Source: Thermoplasmata archaeon
GTDB taxonomy: Archaea > Thermoplasmatota > Thermoplasmata > UBA10834
NCBI GenBank assembly: GCA_014859835.1
Contig: JACZKW010000047.1
Coordinates: forward strand, 68,794-132,793
Direction of reading: 5' to 3'
DNA: 64,000 nucleotides
Positions 29,101 through 38,709 of this stretch are shown in pieces. Each line of letters starts with the position of its first letter. Position 1 is the first letter of the stretch. The position numbers and the translations under genes are program-made. Below the pieces are notes generated by a model that was not told where the DNA came from, searched no databases, and saw only the letters and a list, made by a program, of their open reading frames with translations.

Positions 29101-29718
29101 CGACTTTTCGAGGTCGCTCTCTGCCAATATCATCTCCGCCTTCCGGAAATCATCTGGAGAGTTGAGATTCCAGAAGCTGGACAATTCTCGATCGACCTCG
29201 CGTATGCGTTTCTCCTGAACGAATCTTAGGTCCATCGATTGGAACATCTCTGATACTCGGAATCCTCCTCGTTCGACGACCTTCGTGCATGCTCTCTCGA
29301 CGGCGTTCCTGTTATAGATCGCATGGAGCGGTTCAGGGAAACCCCTAATGATGGGAACCGCGCCCTCTGTGTCCTCGGATTCCTCGAGGAGGAGTTTGTA
29401 TATCTTGGCGCGCACGAAAGGCGTGTCACAAGGACAGATTGCCACAAGATCGCTGTTGGACGAAGACACTGCCGCTCTGATTCCTTCTAGCGGACCAAAA
29501 TCGTCTTTCGAATCCTCTGTTATGCGCGCTTTTCCAGCGAAAATAGGTTCGTAATCACCCTTTCTGCCCACACCGACCGAGACAACCATCTCATCCACGA
29601 TTCCAGACATCTCTTCCAGGACATGGAGTACCATGGGCTTCTGTCCGAGCTTGAGGAGTCCCTTGTCTCTGCCCATCCTCGTGCTGTGCCCCCCTGTGAG
29701 AAGTATCCCTGTCAGCAT
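29074..29718 (-). CDS. mobA: Molybdenum cofactor guanylyltransferase (MobA-like NTP transferase)
   Basis: N-terminal MLTGILLTGGHSTRMGRDKGLL is the MobA signature. Confidence 0.7.
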   Translation of the reverse strand: MLTGILLTGGHSTRMGRDKGLLKLGQKPMVLHVLEEMSGIVDEMVVSVGVGRKGDYEPIFAGKARITEDSKDDFGPLEGIRAAVSSSNSDLVAICPCDTPFVRAKIYKLLLEESEDTEGAVPIIRGFPEPLHAIYNRNAVERACTKVVERGGFRVSEMFQSMDLRFVQEKRIREVDRELSSFWNLNSPDDFRKAEMILAESDLEKSSFSLAHTT

Positions 29719-29834
29719 CCTAACACCTGAACCAGTACGCCTGTTATCAATCTATTCCTGCAATGGTGTCTATGCCAGTATGCCGAAAGCATTATTACCG
29801 GGATGACTCTTCGAACAATCATTGTGAGTATTGT

Positions 29835-30881
29835 ATGGTCAAGATCACGATGGCACATGGAGCCGGAGGGGAGCGGATGCAGGAATTCATCCGCAAATTC
29901 GTTATTGAGGAATTGGACCACGACTTCGGCGAGATACCTCTATCCGCGTTGGATGACGCGGCCATAGTGGATGGGATTGCATTCACGACGGACTCCTACA
30001 CGGTCAAACCACTCTTCTTTCCAGGGGGAGATATCGGTGTTCTCTCCGTTGCAGGCACCGTGAATGATATCTGTGTCATGGGCGCAAAGCCACTTGCCCT
30101 TTCATGCGCCATGATTATCGAGGAGGGTTTCTCTGAGGCGGATCTTCAGAGGATCGTCAAGAGTATCAGCTTGACAGCGAAATCGGCAGATGTCAGGATT
30201 GTCACGGGTGATACGAAAGTGGTCGAGAATGGCGCAGCCGATGGATTATTCATCAACACCAGCGGCATCGGGAGGCGGTCCGACCATCTCGATCATAATA
30301 TCCAGATGGTGCGCCGATCCAGGGAGTTCAAACCTAATTGGCCGAACGATTCATCGGTGGGCCCTGGAGATACGATCATCGCGTCCGGATCAATCGGAAA
30401 CCATGGGATCGCGCTGCTCTCGTTCAGGGAAGGATACGGTTTCGATACGGTCGTACACAGCGACGCCAAACCTCTGAATTCTCTGATCGAAGATGCGCTC
30501 AAGATCGGTGGCATCACCGCAATGAAAGACCCCACAAGGGGTGGAGTGGCGAACCTTCTTAACGAGTGGGCCGAGAAATCTCATGTGGGTATCAAGATCT
30601 CCGAGGAGGCCCTTCCCATAGATGACGAGGTCTTGGCGGCATGCGAGATGCTTGGCATCGATCCCCTTGAGATAGGGAACGAGGGAAAGGTCTTGATGGC
30701 GGTCGTGCCATCCATGGCTAACGAAGTCCTCTCCACCATACGCTCCAGACCCGAGGGAAGGAACGCCGCCATAATCGGTGAGGTGTCAAAAGAGTTCTCG
30801 GGCGTCATGATGGAGACGCACACGGGTGGCAAACGGGTCATAGAACCCCCCGTTGGCGACCCTGTACCTCGAATATGCTGA
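29835..30881 (+). CDS. hypE: [NiFe]-hydrogenase maturation protein HypE; track ORF begins upstream at 29763
   Basis: …KITMAHGAGGE…, AIR-synthase-like domains, and a C-terminal …PRIC (the HypE PRIC Cys motif). Confidence 0.85.
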   Translation: MVKITMAHGAGGERMQEFIRKFVIEELDHDFGEIPLSALDDAAIVDGIAFTTDSYTVKPLFFPGGDIGVLSVAGTVNDICVMGAKPLALSCAMIIEEGFSEADLQRIVKSISLTAKSADVRIVTGDTKVVENGAADGLFINTSGIGRRSDHLDHNIQMVRRSREFKPNWPNDSSVGPGDTIIASGSIGNHGIALLSFREGYGFDTVVHSDAKPLNSLIEDALKIGGITAMKDPTRGGVANLLNEWAEKSHVGIKISEEALPIDDEVLAACEMLGIDPLEIGNEGKVLMAVVPSMANEVLSTIRSRPEGRNAAIIGEVSKEFSGVMMETHTGGKRVIEPPVGDPVPRIC

Positions 30882-30885
30882 CGTG

Positions 30886-31404
30886 TCACGCTTCAGTCGA
30901 TCTTGTCGCTAGCCCATTCGCGGTCTCAACGACGAACTTGACGATGCTCGGTAGGGCCTTGGAGACCGTATCAGTCAGCTCCTCGCTCACATTTACGAGG
31001 TCGTCCGCTTCGATTGCGATGAAGATGACCTCCTTAGGCATCTTATCGGGCACTACCTTCCTTCCCAGCGCGAATGCAGTGGCGACATTTATTCCGTGCG
31101 GGGAAGCCCCGTGTACCGTATTCTCGAAGTCCTCTTCACGGAGTGCATAGAATTCTCCAGGGCGACCGCCCTCGGTCTTGATCGCGTCCACGACTATCAC
31201 TTGGTCATAGCCGATGATCATGTCGAGGAGTTCCAGTCCACTCGCGGCGAGCTCCTCCACATCTATCGATGGCATGGACATCTCCCTTAGCTTCCTGGCG
31301 ACATGTATGCCAACGCCGTCATCCGACAATATAGGGTTGCCCAGACCTATCACCAAGGTTCTCATGCCATCCGCAACGGTTTCCGCCATATTTATCCTGT
31401 CCAC
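30886..31404 (-). CDS. Hydrogenase maturation endopeptidase (HycI/FrhD/HybD family); start ambiguous (M at 31404, 31389 or 31368)
   Basis: …RTLVIGLGNPILSDDGVGIHVA… with the Asp/His metal ligands typical of hydrogenase C-terminal proteases. It lies directly downstream of mvhA. Confidence 0.75.
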   Translation of the reverse strand: MDRINMAETVADGMRTLVIGLGNPILSDDGVGIHVARKLREMSMPSIDVEELAASGLELLDMIIGYDQVIVVDAIKTEGGRPGEFYALREEDFENTVHGASPHGINVATAFALGRKVVPDKMPKEVIFIAIEADDLVNVSEELTDTVSKALPSIVKFVVETANGLATRSTEA

Positions 31405-31461
31405 ACTAATCTCTGAATGAATGAAAAACTGGAATTCGGAGGGTTTCCCCTCCAGAGTTTC

Positions 31462-32985
31462 TCAAAAGTTTCTTACCGTCTCGACGATGGAACCGTCCTT
31501 TCTGTGGACCTTCACTTCGAGCGCAGGGCCGCCGTTCAGAGCATGTGTCCCGCACGAGTTGCAGGGGTCATAGCATCTGAATGCCATCTCAACTTTGTTG
31601 AGCAGTCCTGGCGAGACCTCGCCGTTCTTGATCAGGGCCTTGGCCGCCTGCTTCACGCTCGTGTTGATCGCAGCGTAGTTGTTGGTCGTCGCGACTATCA
31701 TGTTGATCTTAGTGCAGATGCCGTCCTTGTCCGAGGCGTAGTGGTGTATGAGCGTGCCTCTTGGGGCCTCGCAGATACCGACACCCTCCGTCGGCGGGTT
31801 GAACGCTCCTCTGATATCGTCGCTTGTGATGCTCTTGTCATTCGCGAGCTCGAGCATCCGTTCCCCGGCGTACTGCAGCTCGATCACCCTTGCCCAGTGA
31901 TACGCGAGCGTGTGGTGTACCGGACCTTTCACCCCGAGGTCCTTCATGGTCTTCGCGAGCACTTCGTACTCGGCCTGAGCCAGAGGTGTGGTGTATCCTT
32001 CGCACACGTTTATCCTGCCCAGAGGACCGACACGGTAGATGCCGCTCGATGGACCGACCTCGAAGCCCTTCCATCCGACGCTCTTCAGGTAGGGCATCTT
32101 CATGTAGGTCCATGGTTCGACATGCTCGGCGATTATGTCCAGGTACTCGCTAGGCTTGAACTTGACGACCTGTTTGCCGGTCTGGTCGACTACACGGATG
32201 TCACCATCGTAGAAGTTGCTCTTGTTGTTCTTGTCGACCATACCCATATAGTAGGTCTCGAGGTAGTATGCGTCCTGGTTCAGGATGAGGCCGAGGTAGT
32301 CCTTGTTGGCGAGCACGACATCGTGAAACAGCTTTATCGTGAACTTGCCGAACTCGACACACGACTTCGCCATCTCCACCATCTGCAGGCGCTCCTCCTC
32401 ACTGATTTGCTTGGAGACCCCGCCGGGGAGGCCGAATACTGGGTGCGTCGCCCTTCCGCCGATTATCTCCTGGACCTTCTGACCGTAAGACCTGTGCTTT
32501 ATCACTTCGGCACCGATCGGGACGCCTACCGCGTCCACTACCCCCAGCACGTTCCTCTTGCTGGCCGGGGCCGATGGTCCAAGGACGAAGTCCGGGGCCG
32601 CGAGGGCGTAGAAGTGCGCTATGTGGCTGTGGGTGTACTGTCCCATGTAGAACAGCTCCCTGAGCTTCTTGGCGGTCTCGGTCGGCTCGGCATTGAACAC
32701 TGCGTCCAAAGCCTTCGTCGATGCTATGTGGTGCGCAGCTGGACAGACACCGCAGAGCCTGTTCGTCAGCACGGGCAGCTCCTGCACGTGGCGGCCGATG
32801 CAGAATCTCTCGAATCCTCTGAGTTCCGGGACCTGGAGGTATGCGTTCGCGACGTTCCCGGCATCGTCCAGGAATATCTCGATCTTGCCATGCCCCTCCA
32901 GTCTCGTGATAGGGTCTATCGTGATTTTCTTCTCCTTCGTCTTCACCGTTGCATCGTTGATGATAGGTCCTGTCATTGCAATCAC
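31462..32985 (-). CDS. mvhA: [NiFe] hydrogenase large subunit, F420-non-reducing (Mvh/Vhu-type)
   Basis: N-terminal RLEGHG and …CGVCP… (RxCGxC). C-terminal DPCNSCGTH followed by a cleavable extension. Confidence 0.85.
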   Translation of the reverse strand: MIAMTGPIINDATVKTKEKKITIDPITRLEGHGKIEIFLDDAGNVANAYLQVPELRGFERFCIGRHVQELPVLTNRLCGVCPAAHHIASTKALDAVFNAEPTETAKKLRELFYMGQYTHSHIAHFYALAAPDFVLGPSAPASKRNVLGVVDAVGVPIGAEVIKHRSYGQKVQEIIGGRATHPVFGLPGGVSKQISEEERLQMVEMAKSCVEFGKFTIKLFHDVVLANKDYLGLILNQDAYYLETYYMGMVDKNNKSNFYDGDIRVVDQTGKQVVKFKPSEYLDIIAEHVEPWTYMKMPYLKSVGWKGFEVGPSSGIYRVGPLGRINVCEGYTTPLAQAEYEVLAKTMKDLGVKGPVHHTLAYHWARVIELQYAGERMLELANDKSITSDDIRGAFNPPTEGVGICEAPRGTLIHHYASDKDGICTKINMIVATTNNYAAINTSVKQAAKALIKNGEVSPGLLNKVEMAFRCYDPCNSCGTHALNGGPALEVKVHRKDGSIVETVRNF

Positions 32986-33995
32986 CCCTTCTTGTTGCGC
33001 TCCTTGACAATCCTTCTAAGCGGGGACTTCGGCAGCGTGAACGCGTAGAACGTGCCGAGCGGGTCCTTGACCTGCATCATCATTTCCATTATCTGCTCCT
33101 CACTTAAGGTTGACTCCGAATCTGTGATGTTCAGGAGCGAGGACACGGCACTCAACATGCTCGCGCCCTGGTCGATGACCGCCTTGGTCGGGCCCATGCA
33201 TCCCCTGCAGGGCATGTTCGCGTTGGGGCACATCGCGCCGCAACCGGCCCTGGTGGCAGGTCCTATGCAGATTATGCCTTGGTCAAGCAGGCACTTCTTG
33301 GGGTCTGGCTTGATCTCGTAGGCCTGATAGATCTTGTCTATCCTCCTGTTCTTCTCGACCCTCTCCTTCTTACACTCGTCACACAGAGTCTTGTCACTGG
33401 CGATTACAGTGCCCTTCGGGGGCAACGGCGCGCCCTTCGTCACATGCTGGACGACGGCATCGACTGCCAATGCGATCAGGTTGACCGTCGGTGGGCAGCC
33501 GGGCATGAAGTAGTCGACGTCTATCACTTCGTCGAGCGTCTTCACATCGTTGTAGAACTTCGGCAGTTCCAGCTCACCCTCGGGGACCTTGGTTATCTCC
33601 TGTGGGTAGATCCCGTTGGGGTTGTCCGTGGACTGCGTCTTCTTGTAGACGGTCTCGAAGACCTCTTCCCTGTTGGTCACATTGCCCAGGCCAGGCGTCC
33701 CACCGAAGCAGGCGCAGGATCCGAAGCTTATCATTATCACCGATTTCGCCCTGAGCAGCTTGGCCACATGCTCGTTCTCGGAGTTCCTTATGGCCCCGTT
33801 GTAGAACGATACCGTGATAGACTTGTCAGGCATTTTCTCGATATCTTCCAGCTTGCCATCGAACCCGATGGGCCAGAACACGACCTCGGCTATCGCATGT
33901 ATGTCCAGTATCTTCGCATCTATGTCCAGGAGTGCTACGTCACATCCGCCGCAGCCTGCTCCCCAGTACTGCGCGATCTTGATCTTCTCAGCCAT
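32982..33995 (-). CDS. mvhG: [NiFe] hydrogenase small subunit (Mvh/Vhu-type)
   Basis: …AQYWGAGCGGCDVAL…, …GSCACFGG…, and distal Fe-S cluster Cys motifs. Confidence 0.85.
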   Translation of the reverse strand: MAEKIKIAQYWGAGCGGCDVALLDIDAKILDIHAIAEVVFWPIGFDGKLEDIEKMPDKSITVSFYNGAIRNSENEHVAKLLRAKSVIMISFGSCACFGGTPGLGNVTNREEVFETVYKKTQSTDNPNGIYPQEITKVPEGELELPKFYNDVKTLDEVIDVDYFMPGCPPTVNLIALAVDAVVQHVTKGAPLPPKGTVIASDKTLCDECKKERVEKNRRIDKIYQAYEIKPDPKKCLLDQGIICIGPATRAGCGAMCPNANMPCRGCMGPTKAVIDQGASMLSAVSSLLNITDSESTLSEEQIMEMMMQVKDPLGTFYAFTLPKSPLRRIVKERNKKG

Positions 33996-33996
33996 T

Positions 33997-34386
33997 TCAG
34001 CTCACCTCTCCTATGTCCGATTGCTTACTGGGAACTGCCGAGTACTGAGGCGCCTGCCCTTTCATGCCGGTCTGTTCGACCAGCCTCCACTTCTTCAGGG
34101 CGATTATGTGCCTGACGATCTCCGGCTTCGCTATGCCCGTGAAGTCGTGCAGCTCGTGCACGGTCCTGGGCCCCTTCTCCATCTGTGACAGGAGCAGGTT
34201 CCTCTCCAGCTCCACCGCCGCAGCCTTCTGCACGATGAAGCTGTACCTCGCATCCGTGATCTTCTCGCCGAACACATTTCCTACCGTCGTGAGCTGCCCC
34301 TTCTTCCCAAGGAGCCACCTTATGCGCTCGCCCTCGACGGTCCTTCTAGCCGCCTCGATCCTGGCCTTTCTTCCAGTCATCGTCAT
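33997..34386 (-). CDS. Small winged-helix-like protein, homologous to the C-terminal extension of the MvhD-fusion at 37873-38706
   Basis: 129 aa (…GKKGQLTTVGNVFGEKI…LERNLLLSQMEKGPRTVHELHDFTGIAKPEIVRHIIALKKWRLVEQTGMKG…). It overlaps both mvhD upstream and mvhG downstream by 4 nt. The aligned module in the other gene reads …GKELNLVGKGNVYDNKL…FERSLILELSRTKARSVKELGEMMEVPTDKVLRHIVLLRQNSLIAMEHPEG…. Confidence 0.5.
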   Translation of the reverse strand: MTMTGRKARIEAARRTVEGERIRWLLGKKGQLTTVGNVFGEKITDARYSFIVQKAAAVELERNLLLSQMEKGPRTVHELHDFTGIAKPEIVRHIIALKKWRLVEQTGMKGQAPQYSAVPSKQSDIGEVS

Positions 34387-34838
34387 TCACCACCTCTGAT
34401 CGGAGATGGTCCAAGCTCGTTTATCGTGTTCGTGAATTCGGTCATGGTCTTCTGGAACTTCTCGCCCTCACCGGCCGAGATCCATTCCAACTGCAGTCTG
34501 TCCGTGTCATAACCGAACTGCTGTATGAGCATCTTCAGCAAGGCTATCCTCCTGCGGGTCCTGTAATTTCCACCTATGTAGTGGCAGTCCGCTGGGTGAC
34601 AGCCTGCGACCAGGATGCCGTCCGCGCCCCTCTCGAACGCCCTGAGGACGAACTCGGGGTCGACCCTGGCGGAGCACATGACCCTGATGACCCTGAAATG
34701 AGGTGGCATCTGGAGCCTGCTGACTCCTGCCAGGTCCGCTCCTGCGTACGAGCACCAGTTGCAGCAGAACACTATGATCTTCGGCTCGAATCCGTGGTCC
34801 GTCCCGGTCTTCTGGTGGTTGTGAGCATCTGAACTCAT
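34383..34838 (-). CDS. mvhD: MvhD (methyl-viologen-reducing hydrogenase delta subunit), [2Fe-2S] carrier
   Basis: …KIIVFCCNWCSYAGADLAGVSRLQMP…RVMCSARVDP…GCHPADCHYIGGN…. Confidence 0.85.
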   Translation of the reverse strand: MSSDAHNHQKTGTDHGFEPKIIVFCCNWCSYAGADLAGVSRLQMPPHFRVIRVMCSARVDPEFVLRAFERGADGILVAGCHPADCHYIGGNYRTRRRIALLKMLIQQFGYDTDRLQLEWISAGEGEKFQKTMTEFTNTINELGPSPIRGGE

Positions 34839-37800
34839 TGCTTCACCTCCTGCTTCTTCGGTTCCTCAACAAGCGCAGCATCGATCATAGCGAGGATCTG
34901 CTCATCCCTGAAACCCTTCTGGGTGAGTGCGCCAGCGGGACATGCTCCCACACAGGCGCCGCAACCCTTGCACAGACCGACATTGACATCGACGATCTTC
35001 TTGTCCTTGATCTTCTTGTTATCGATGATCTCGAGCGCCTTGTACTCGCATGTGGGCACGCAGATGCCGCAACCGTCGCAATATTGCTCGTCGACGCTCG
35101 CGACTATCCCCTCGGCTTCCAGCGTGGTCTTGGATAAGATCGTCATGGCCCTGGCGACTGCGCCAAGTGCTTGGGCGATGCTCTCATCCACGAACTTCGG
35201 CGAATGAGCTATACCGGCGAGATAGACGCCTTCGGTGGCGAAGTCGATCGGCCTCAGCTTCATGTGCGCCTCCAGGAAGAAACCTTCCTTGGTTATAGGG
35301 ACCTTCAGCATGGGCGCGAGTTCCTCGGAGCCTTCCTCTGGCCTGGTCCCAGATGCGAGGACAAGGCAGTCTGGCCTCAGAACGACCTCCTTGCCGGTGT
35401 CCTCGTCTATCAATCTCACTTCGATCTTGCCGCCCTTGTCCTCTACGACGGGCTTCTTCTCATCGTCGAACCGTATGAAGGTCACGCCCTTCTGCGCGGC
35501 CTCCTTGTAGTACTTCTCTCTGAAGCCATAGGTCCTGATGTCCCTGTAGAGCACGTACACCTTCGCGTTCGGGTCCTTGTCCTTGATCTTATTGGCCGCG
35601 GTCATAGTGCCCGTGCAACAGACGCGGGAACAGTTCGGGAACTTGTCCTCCCTGGACCCGACGCACTGTATGAACACATAGGAATCGCCCTTGACCTCTC
35701 CCTTCTTCATCTTGCCCTTGAACTCGAGGAGCGTCATCACGTTGGCGTTCTTGCCATATAGGTACTCTCCCTCGGGCTTGTACTCCCGTCCGCCGACGGC
35801 GACTACGACGACTCCATGCTCCATCTCGGAGCCGTCCGTGAGCTGCGTCTTGAAGTTGCCGACATATCCGTCGATGGTCTTTACGGTCGTTCCAAGGTGT
35901 AGCGTGATGTTCTTGTTCGCCCTGATCTCCTGATCGACCTTCTTGAGGTACTCGTCAGGGTCGTCCCCGGACGGGAGATAATGAAGCTTCCTCAGGTTTC
36001 CTCCGAGTTCCTTCTCCCTCTCCACCAGGTGCACCTTGATGCCCTGCTTGGCGAGTTCTAGAGCGGATACCATGCCGCTCACTCCACCACCTATGACGAG
36101 AGCGTCCTGGTTCACGTTAATTATGAGGTTCTCGAGCGGTTCCAGCAACCTCGACTTCGCAAGAGCCATCCGCACAAGGGCCTTGGCCTTCTTCGTGGCG
36201 GCCTTAGGCTCGTGCATGTGTATCCAAGAGCACTGGTCCCTGATGTTCGCCATCTCGAAAAGGTACGCGTTGAGGCCAGCCTCCCTGATGGTGTTCTGGA
36301 ATAGTGGTTCATGCGTCCTCGGAGTGCAGCTCGCGACGACCACTCTGTTCAGGTCGTGCTCCTTGACCTTCTCCTTGATCTTCTCCTGAGCATCGGCGGA
36401 ACACGTGTACAAGTTCTGTTCGGCGTACACCACGTTGGGCAGGGTCTTCGCGTATTCCATGACCTCTGGCACATTGACGACGCCGCCGATGTTGATGCCA
36501 CAGTGGCAGATGAACACACCTACCCTGGGCTCCTTGCCGACCACATCGATCTCCTTCGGGTACACCTTTTTGGTGATCAAGGTGTTCCTTGAGGCCGTTA
36601 TCTCTGTGCCCGCCTTGGCCGCGGCACCGCTCGCTTCGGCCACGGTCATCGGGATATCCTTCGGTGACGAGAACGCGCCGCTGACGAATATGCCCGGTCT
36701 GGATGTCTCGACAGGTGAGAACGCGCCTGTCTGGCAGAACCCGTCGTCGTTCAGCCTGAACTTCATGACACGGCTCAGATTCTCCGCGTCCGCGGGCGGT
36801 GTCAGACCGACAGCCAGCACGACCAGGCCGAACTCCTCTTCCTTCGGTTCGCCGTTCTCGACGTACTTGATCATCAGATTCTTCGTCTTCGGGTTCTCGA
36901 CGACCGCCGCTGCCCTGGATCGGACGAATCTTATGCCGTATTCGTTCTTGGCGCGGTTGTAGTAATCATCGAACTCCTTTCCGAAGGCCCTCATGTCCAT
37001 GAAGAATATCGAGGGCTTGATGTTCCCTCCGTGTTCCTTGGCTATGATCGCCTCCTTGATCGAGTACATGCAACATACGCTGGAGCAGTACTCGTTCCCG
37101 CAGTGCTCGTCCCTGGAGCCGACGCACTGTATGAACGCGATCTTCTCGGGTATGTCACCGTCCGATGGCCTGAGCACGGTCCCGAAGTACGGGCCGGTCG
37201 CGCTCAGCATCCTCTCGAACTCTATGCTCGTGACGACGTTCGGGTACACGCCATAACCATACTCTGGCTTCAGGCGCGCGTTGAACTCGTCGAAGCCGGG
37301 AGATACGATGATCGACCCGACCTTGATCTCGAAGACCTTCTCCTTCTGATCGTAATCGACTGCCTTGGCCTTGCACTCCTCTGCGCAGATCCCGCAACCT
37401 ATGCACTTCTCGGGGTCTATCGAGTAGATCAGAGGTACGGCCTGCGGGTATGCGACATAGATCGCCTTCCTGATCTTCGTTCCCTCGTTGTACTCGTCCA
37501 CGGCCTCGATCGGACATTTCTGGGCGCAGCTTCCGCAGCCAGTACACTTCGTAGGATCGACCCTGAAAGCCCTCTGCCTCACCGTGACGGTGAAGTTGCC
37601 CGCCTGGCCATCCACGATGGCGATGTCCGCGTTCGTGATCAACTGTATGTTGTGGTGCCTGCCCGCGGCGACCAGCTTGGGCGCCATTATACACATGGCG
37701 CAGTCGTTCGTCGGGAAGGTCTTATCGAGCTGGGCCATGGTGCCGCCTATGCTCGCCTTCTTCTCAACCAGATATACTCTGTATCCGGAATCGGCAAGGT

Positions 37801-37876
37801 CCAATGCGGACTGGAGACCTGATATGCCTCCTCCTACAACCATGACCGCGCCGACCTTGTCAGTAGTAGCCATCAC
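34835..37876 (-). CDS. hdrA: Long (1013 aa) tandem-fused HdrA: N-terminally truncated HdrA-like FAD/ferredoxin unit fused to a complete HdrA
   Basis: Two Rossmann motifs (VMVVGGGISGLQSALDLA and ALVIGGGVSGMVSALELA). There is an internal HdrA N-domain Cys cluster (…VGVFICHCGINIGG…ASCTPRTHEP…DQCSWIH…), multiple 4Fe-4S motifs and a C-terminal 2x[4Fe-4S]. Confidence 0.85.
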   Translation of the reverse strand: MMATTDKVGAVMVVGGGISGLQSALDLADSGYRVYLVEKKASIGGTMAQLDKTFPTNDCAMCIMAPKLVAAGRHHNIQLITNADIAIVDGQAGNFTVTVRQRAFRVDPTKCTGCGSCAQKCPIEAVDEYNEGTKIRKAIYVAYPQAVPLIYSIDPEKCIGCGICAEECKAKAVDYDQKEKVFEIKVGSIIVSPGFDEFNARLKPEYGYGVYPNVVTSIEFERMLSATGPYFGTVLRPSDGDIPEKIAFIQCVGSRDEHCGNEYCSSVCCMYSIKEAIIAKEHGGNIKPSIFFMDMRAFGKEFDDYYNRAKNEYGIRFVRSRAAAVVENPKTKNLMIKYVENGEPKEEEFGLVVLAVGLTPPADAENLSRVMKFRLNDDGFCQTGAFSPVETSRPGIFVSGAFSSPKDIPMTVAEASGAAAKAGTEITASRNTLITKKVYPKEIDVVGKEPRVGVFICHCGINIGGVVNVPEVMEYAKTLPNVVYAEQNLYTCSADAQEKIKEKVKEHDLNRVVVASCTPRTHEPLFQNTIREAGLNAYLFEMANIRDQCSWIHMHEPKAATKKAKALVRMALAKSRLLEPLENLIINVNQDALVIGGGVSGMVSALELAKQGIKVHLVEREKELGGNLRKLHYLPSGDDPDEYLKKVDQEIRANKNITLHLGTTVKTIDGYVGNFKTQLTDGSEMEHGVVVVAVGGREYKPEGEYLYGKNANVMTLLEFKGKMKKGEVKGDSYVFIQCVGSREDKFPNCSRVCCTGTMTAANKIKDKDPNAKVYVLYRDIRTYGFREKYYKEAAQKGVTFIRFDDEKKPVVEDKGGKIEVRLIDEDTGKEVVLRPDCLVLASGTRPEEGSEELAPMLKVPITKEGFFLEAHMKLRPIDFATEGVYLAGIAHSPKFVDESIAQALGAVARAMTILSKTTLEAEGIVASVDEQYCDGCGICVPTCEYKALEIIDNKKIKDKKIVDVNVGLCKGCGACVGACPAGALTQKGFRDEQILAMIDAALVEEPKKQEVKQ

Positions 37877-38706
37877 TGCTCACCTCCGATCTCTATGGTC
37901 TTGTATGTGGGGGTGAATCCCTCCGGGTGTTCCATGGCGATCAGACTGTTTTGCCTGAGCAGGACTATGTGTCTGAGCACCTTGTCCGTAGGGACCTCCA
38001 TCATCTCCCCGAGCTCCTTAACGGACCTCGCTTTGGTCCTGGACAGCTCGAGTATGAGGCTCCTCTCGAACTCATCGGAGGTGGCCTCTGTGATTATCTT
38101 CTCTATCTCCTCCGGGTCCAGCTTGTTGTCGTAGACATTGCCCTTGCCGACAAGGTTCAGTTCCTTGCCCACAAGCGCCTTCAATCTGAATGTCTCGGAC
38201 GCCATGTCCGCGGCCGCGACCCTTGACATCAACCGTTCATCCTTCTTGACCTTGTTCGGTCCCAAGGCCTTCACGGTCTCCGTGAACTCCGTCACGACCT
38301 TCGAGAACTTCTCTCCTTCTGATGCGGACACCCATTCGAGCCTGAGTCTCTCGGGCGCTATGCCACATTCTTTGAGCAGCTTCTTCATGAGGTTCACGCG
38401 CTTCTCCGTGTAGTAGTTCCCGCTGATGTAATGGCAGTCTCCTATGTGGCAGCCGCCGAGCAGGATGCCATCGGCACCAGCCTTGAAGATGTCCAACACC
38501 AGATGCGGACTGATCCTCGTAGAGCACATCACCCTGACCGGGCGTATGTTGGTCGGGTACTGGTACCTGCTCACTCCACACAGGTCCGCTCCTGCATACG
38601 AGCACCAGTTGCAGAGGAACCCGATAATCTTCGGTTCCCACTCGCTGTCATGCTTCTTCTCTAGTGCGTGCGTCTCGTGATGAGTAGTGTGATGCTTTTC
38701 CGTCAT
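37873..38706 (-). CDS. MvhD-domain protein with about 130-aa C-terminal winged-helix-like extension
   Basis: The N-terminus (…KIIGFLCNWCSYAGADLCGVSRYQYP…GCHIGDCHYISGN…) is MvhD. The C-terminal extension is homologous to ORF 33997-34386. Confidence 0.75.
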   Translation of the reverse strand: MTEKHHTTHHETHALEKKHDSEWEPKIIGFLCNWCSYAGADLCGVSRYQYPTNIRPVRVMCSTRISPHLVLDIFKAGADGILLGGCHIGDCHYISGNYYTEKRVNLMKKLLKECGIAPERLRLEWVSASEGEKFSKVVTEFTETVKALGPNKVKKDERLMSRVAAADMASETFRLKALVGKELNLVGKGNVYDNKLDPEEIEKIITEATSDEFERSLILELSRTKARSVKELGEMMEVPTDKVLRHIVLLRQNSLIAMEHPEGFTPTYKTIEIGGEQ

Positions 38707-38709
38707 CTC

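Noticed and set aside
31417-33048. 543-aa plus-strand ORF antisense to mvhA/mvhG (also 33279-34115 and 35171-35761, antisense to mvhG/mvhD and the long hdrA)
   Set aside because: The opposite strand encodes proteins with unmistakable hydrogenase/Hdr motifs. These are GC-rich antisense frames without stops.
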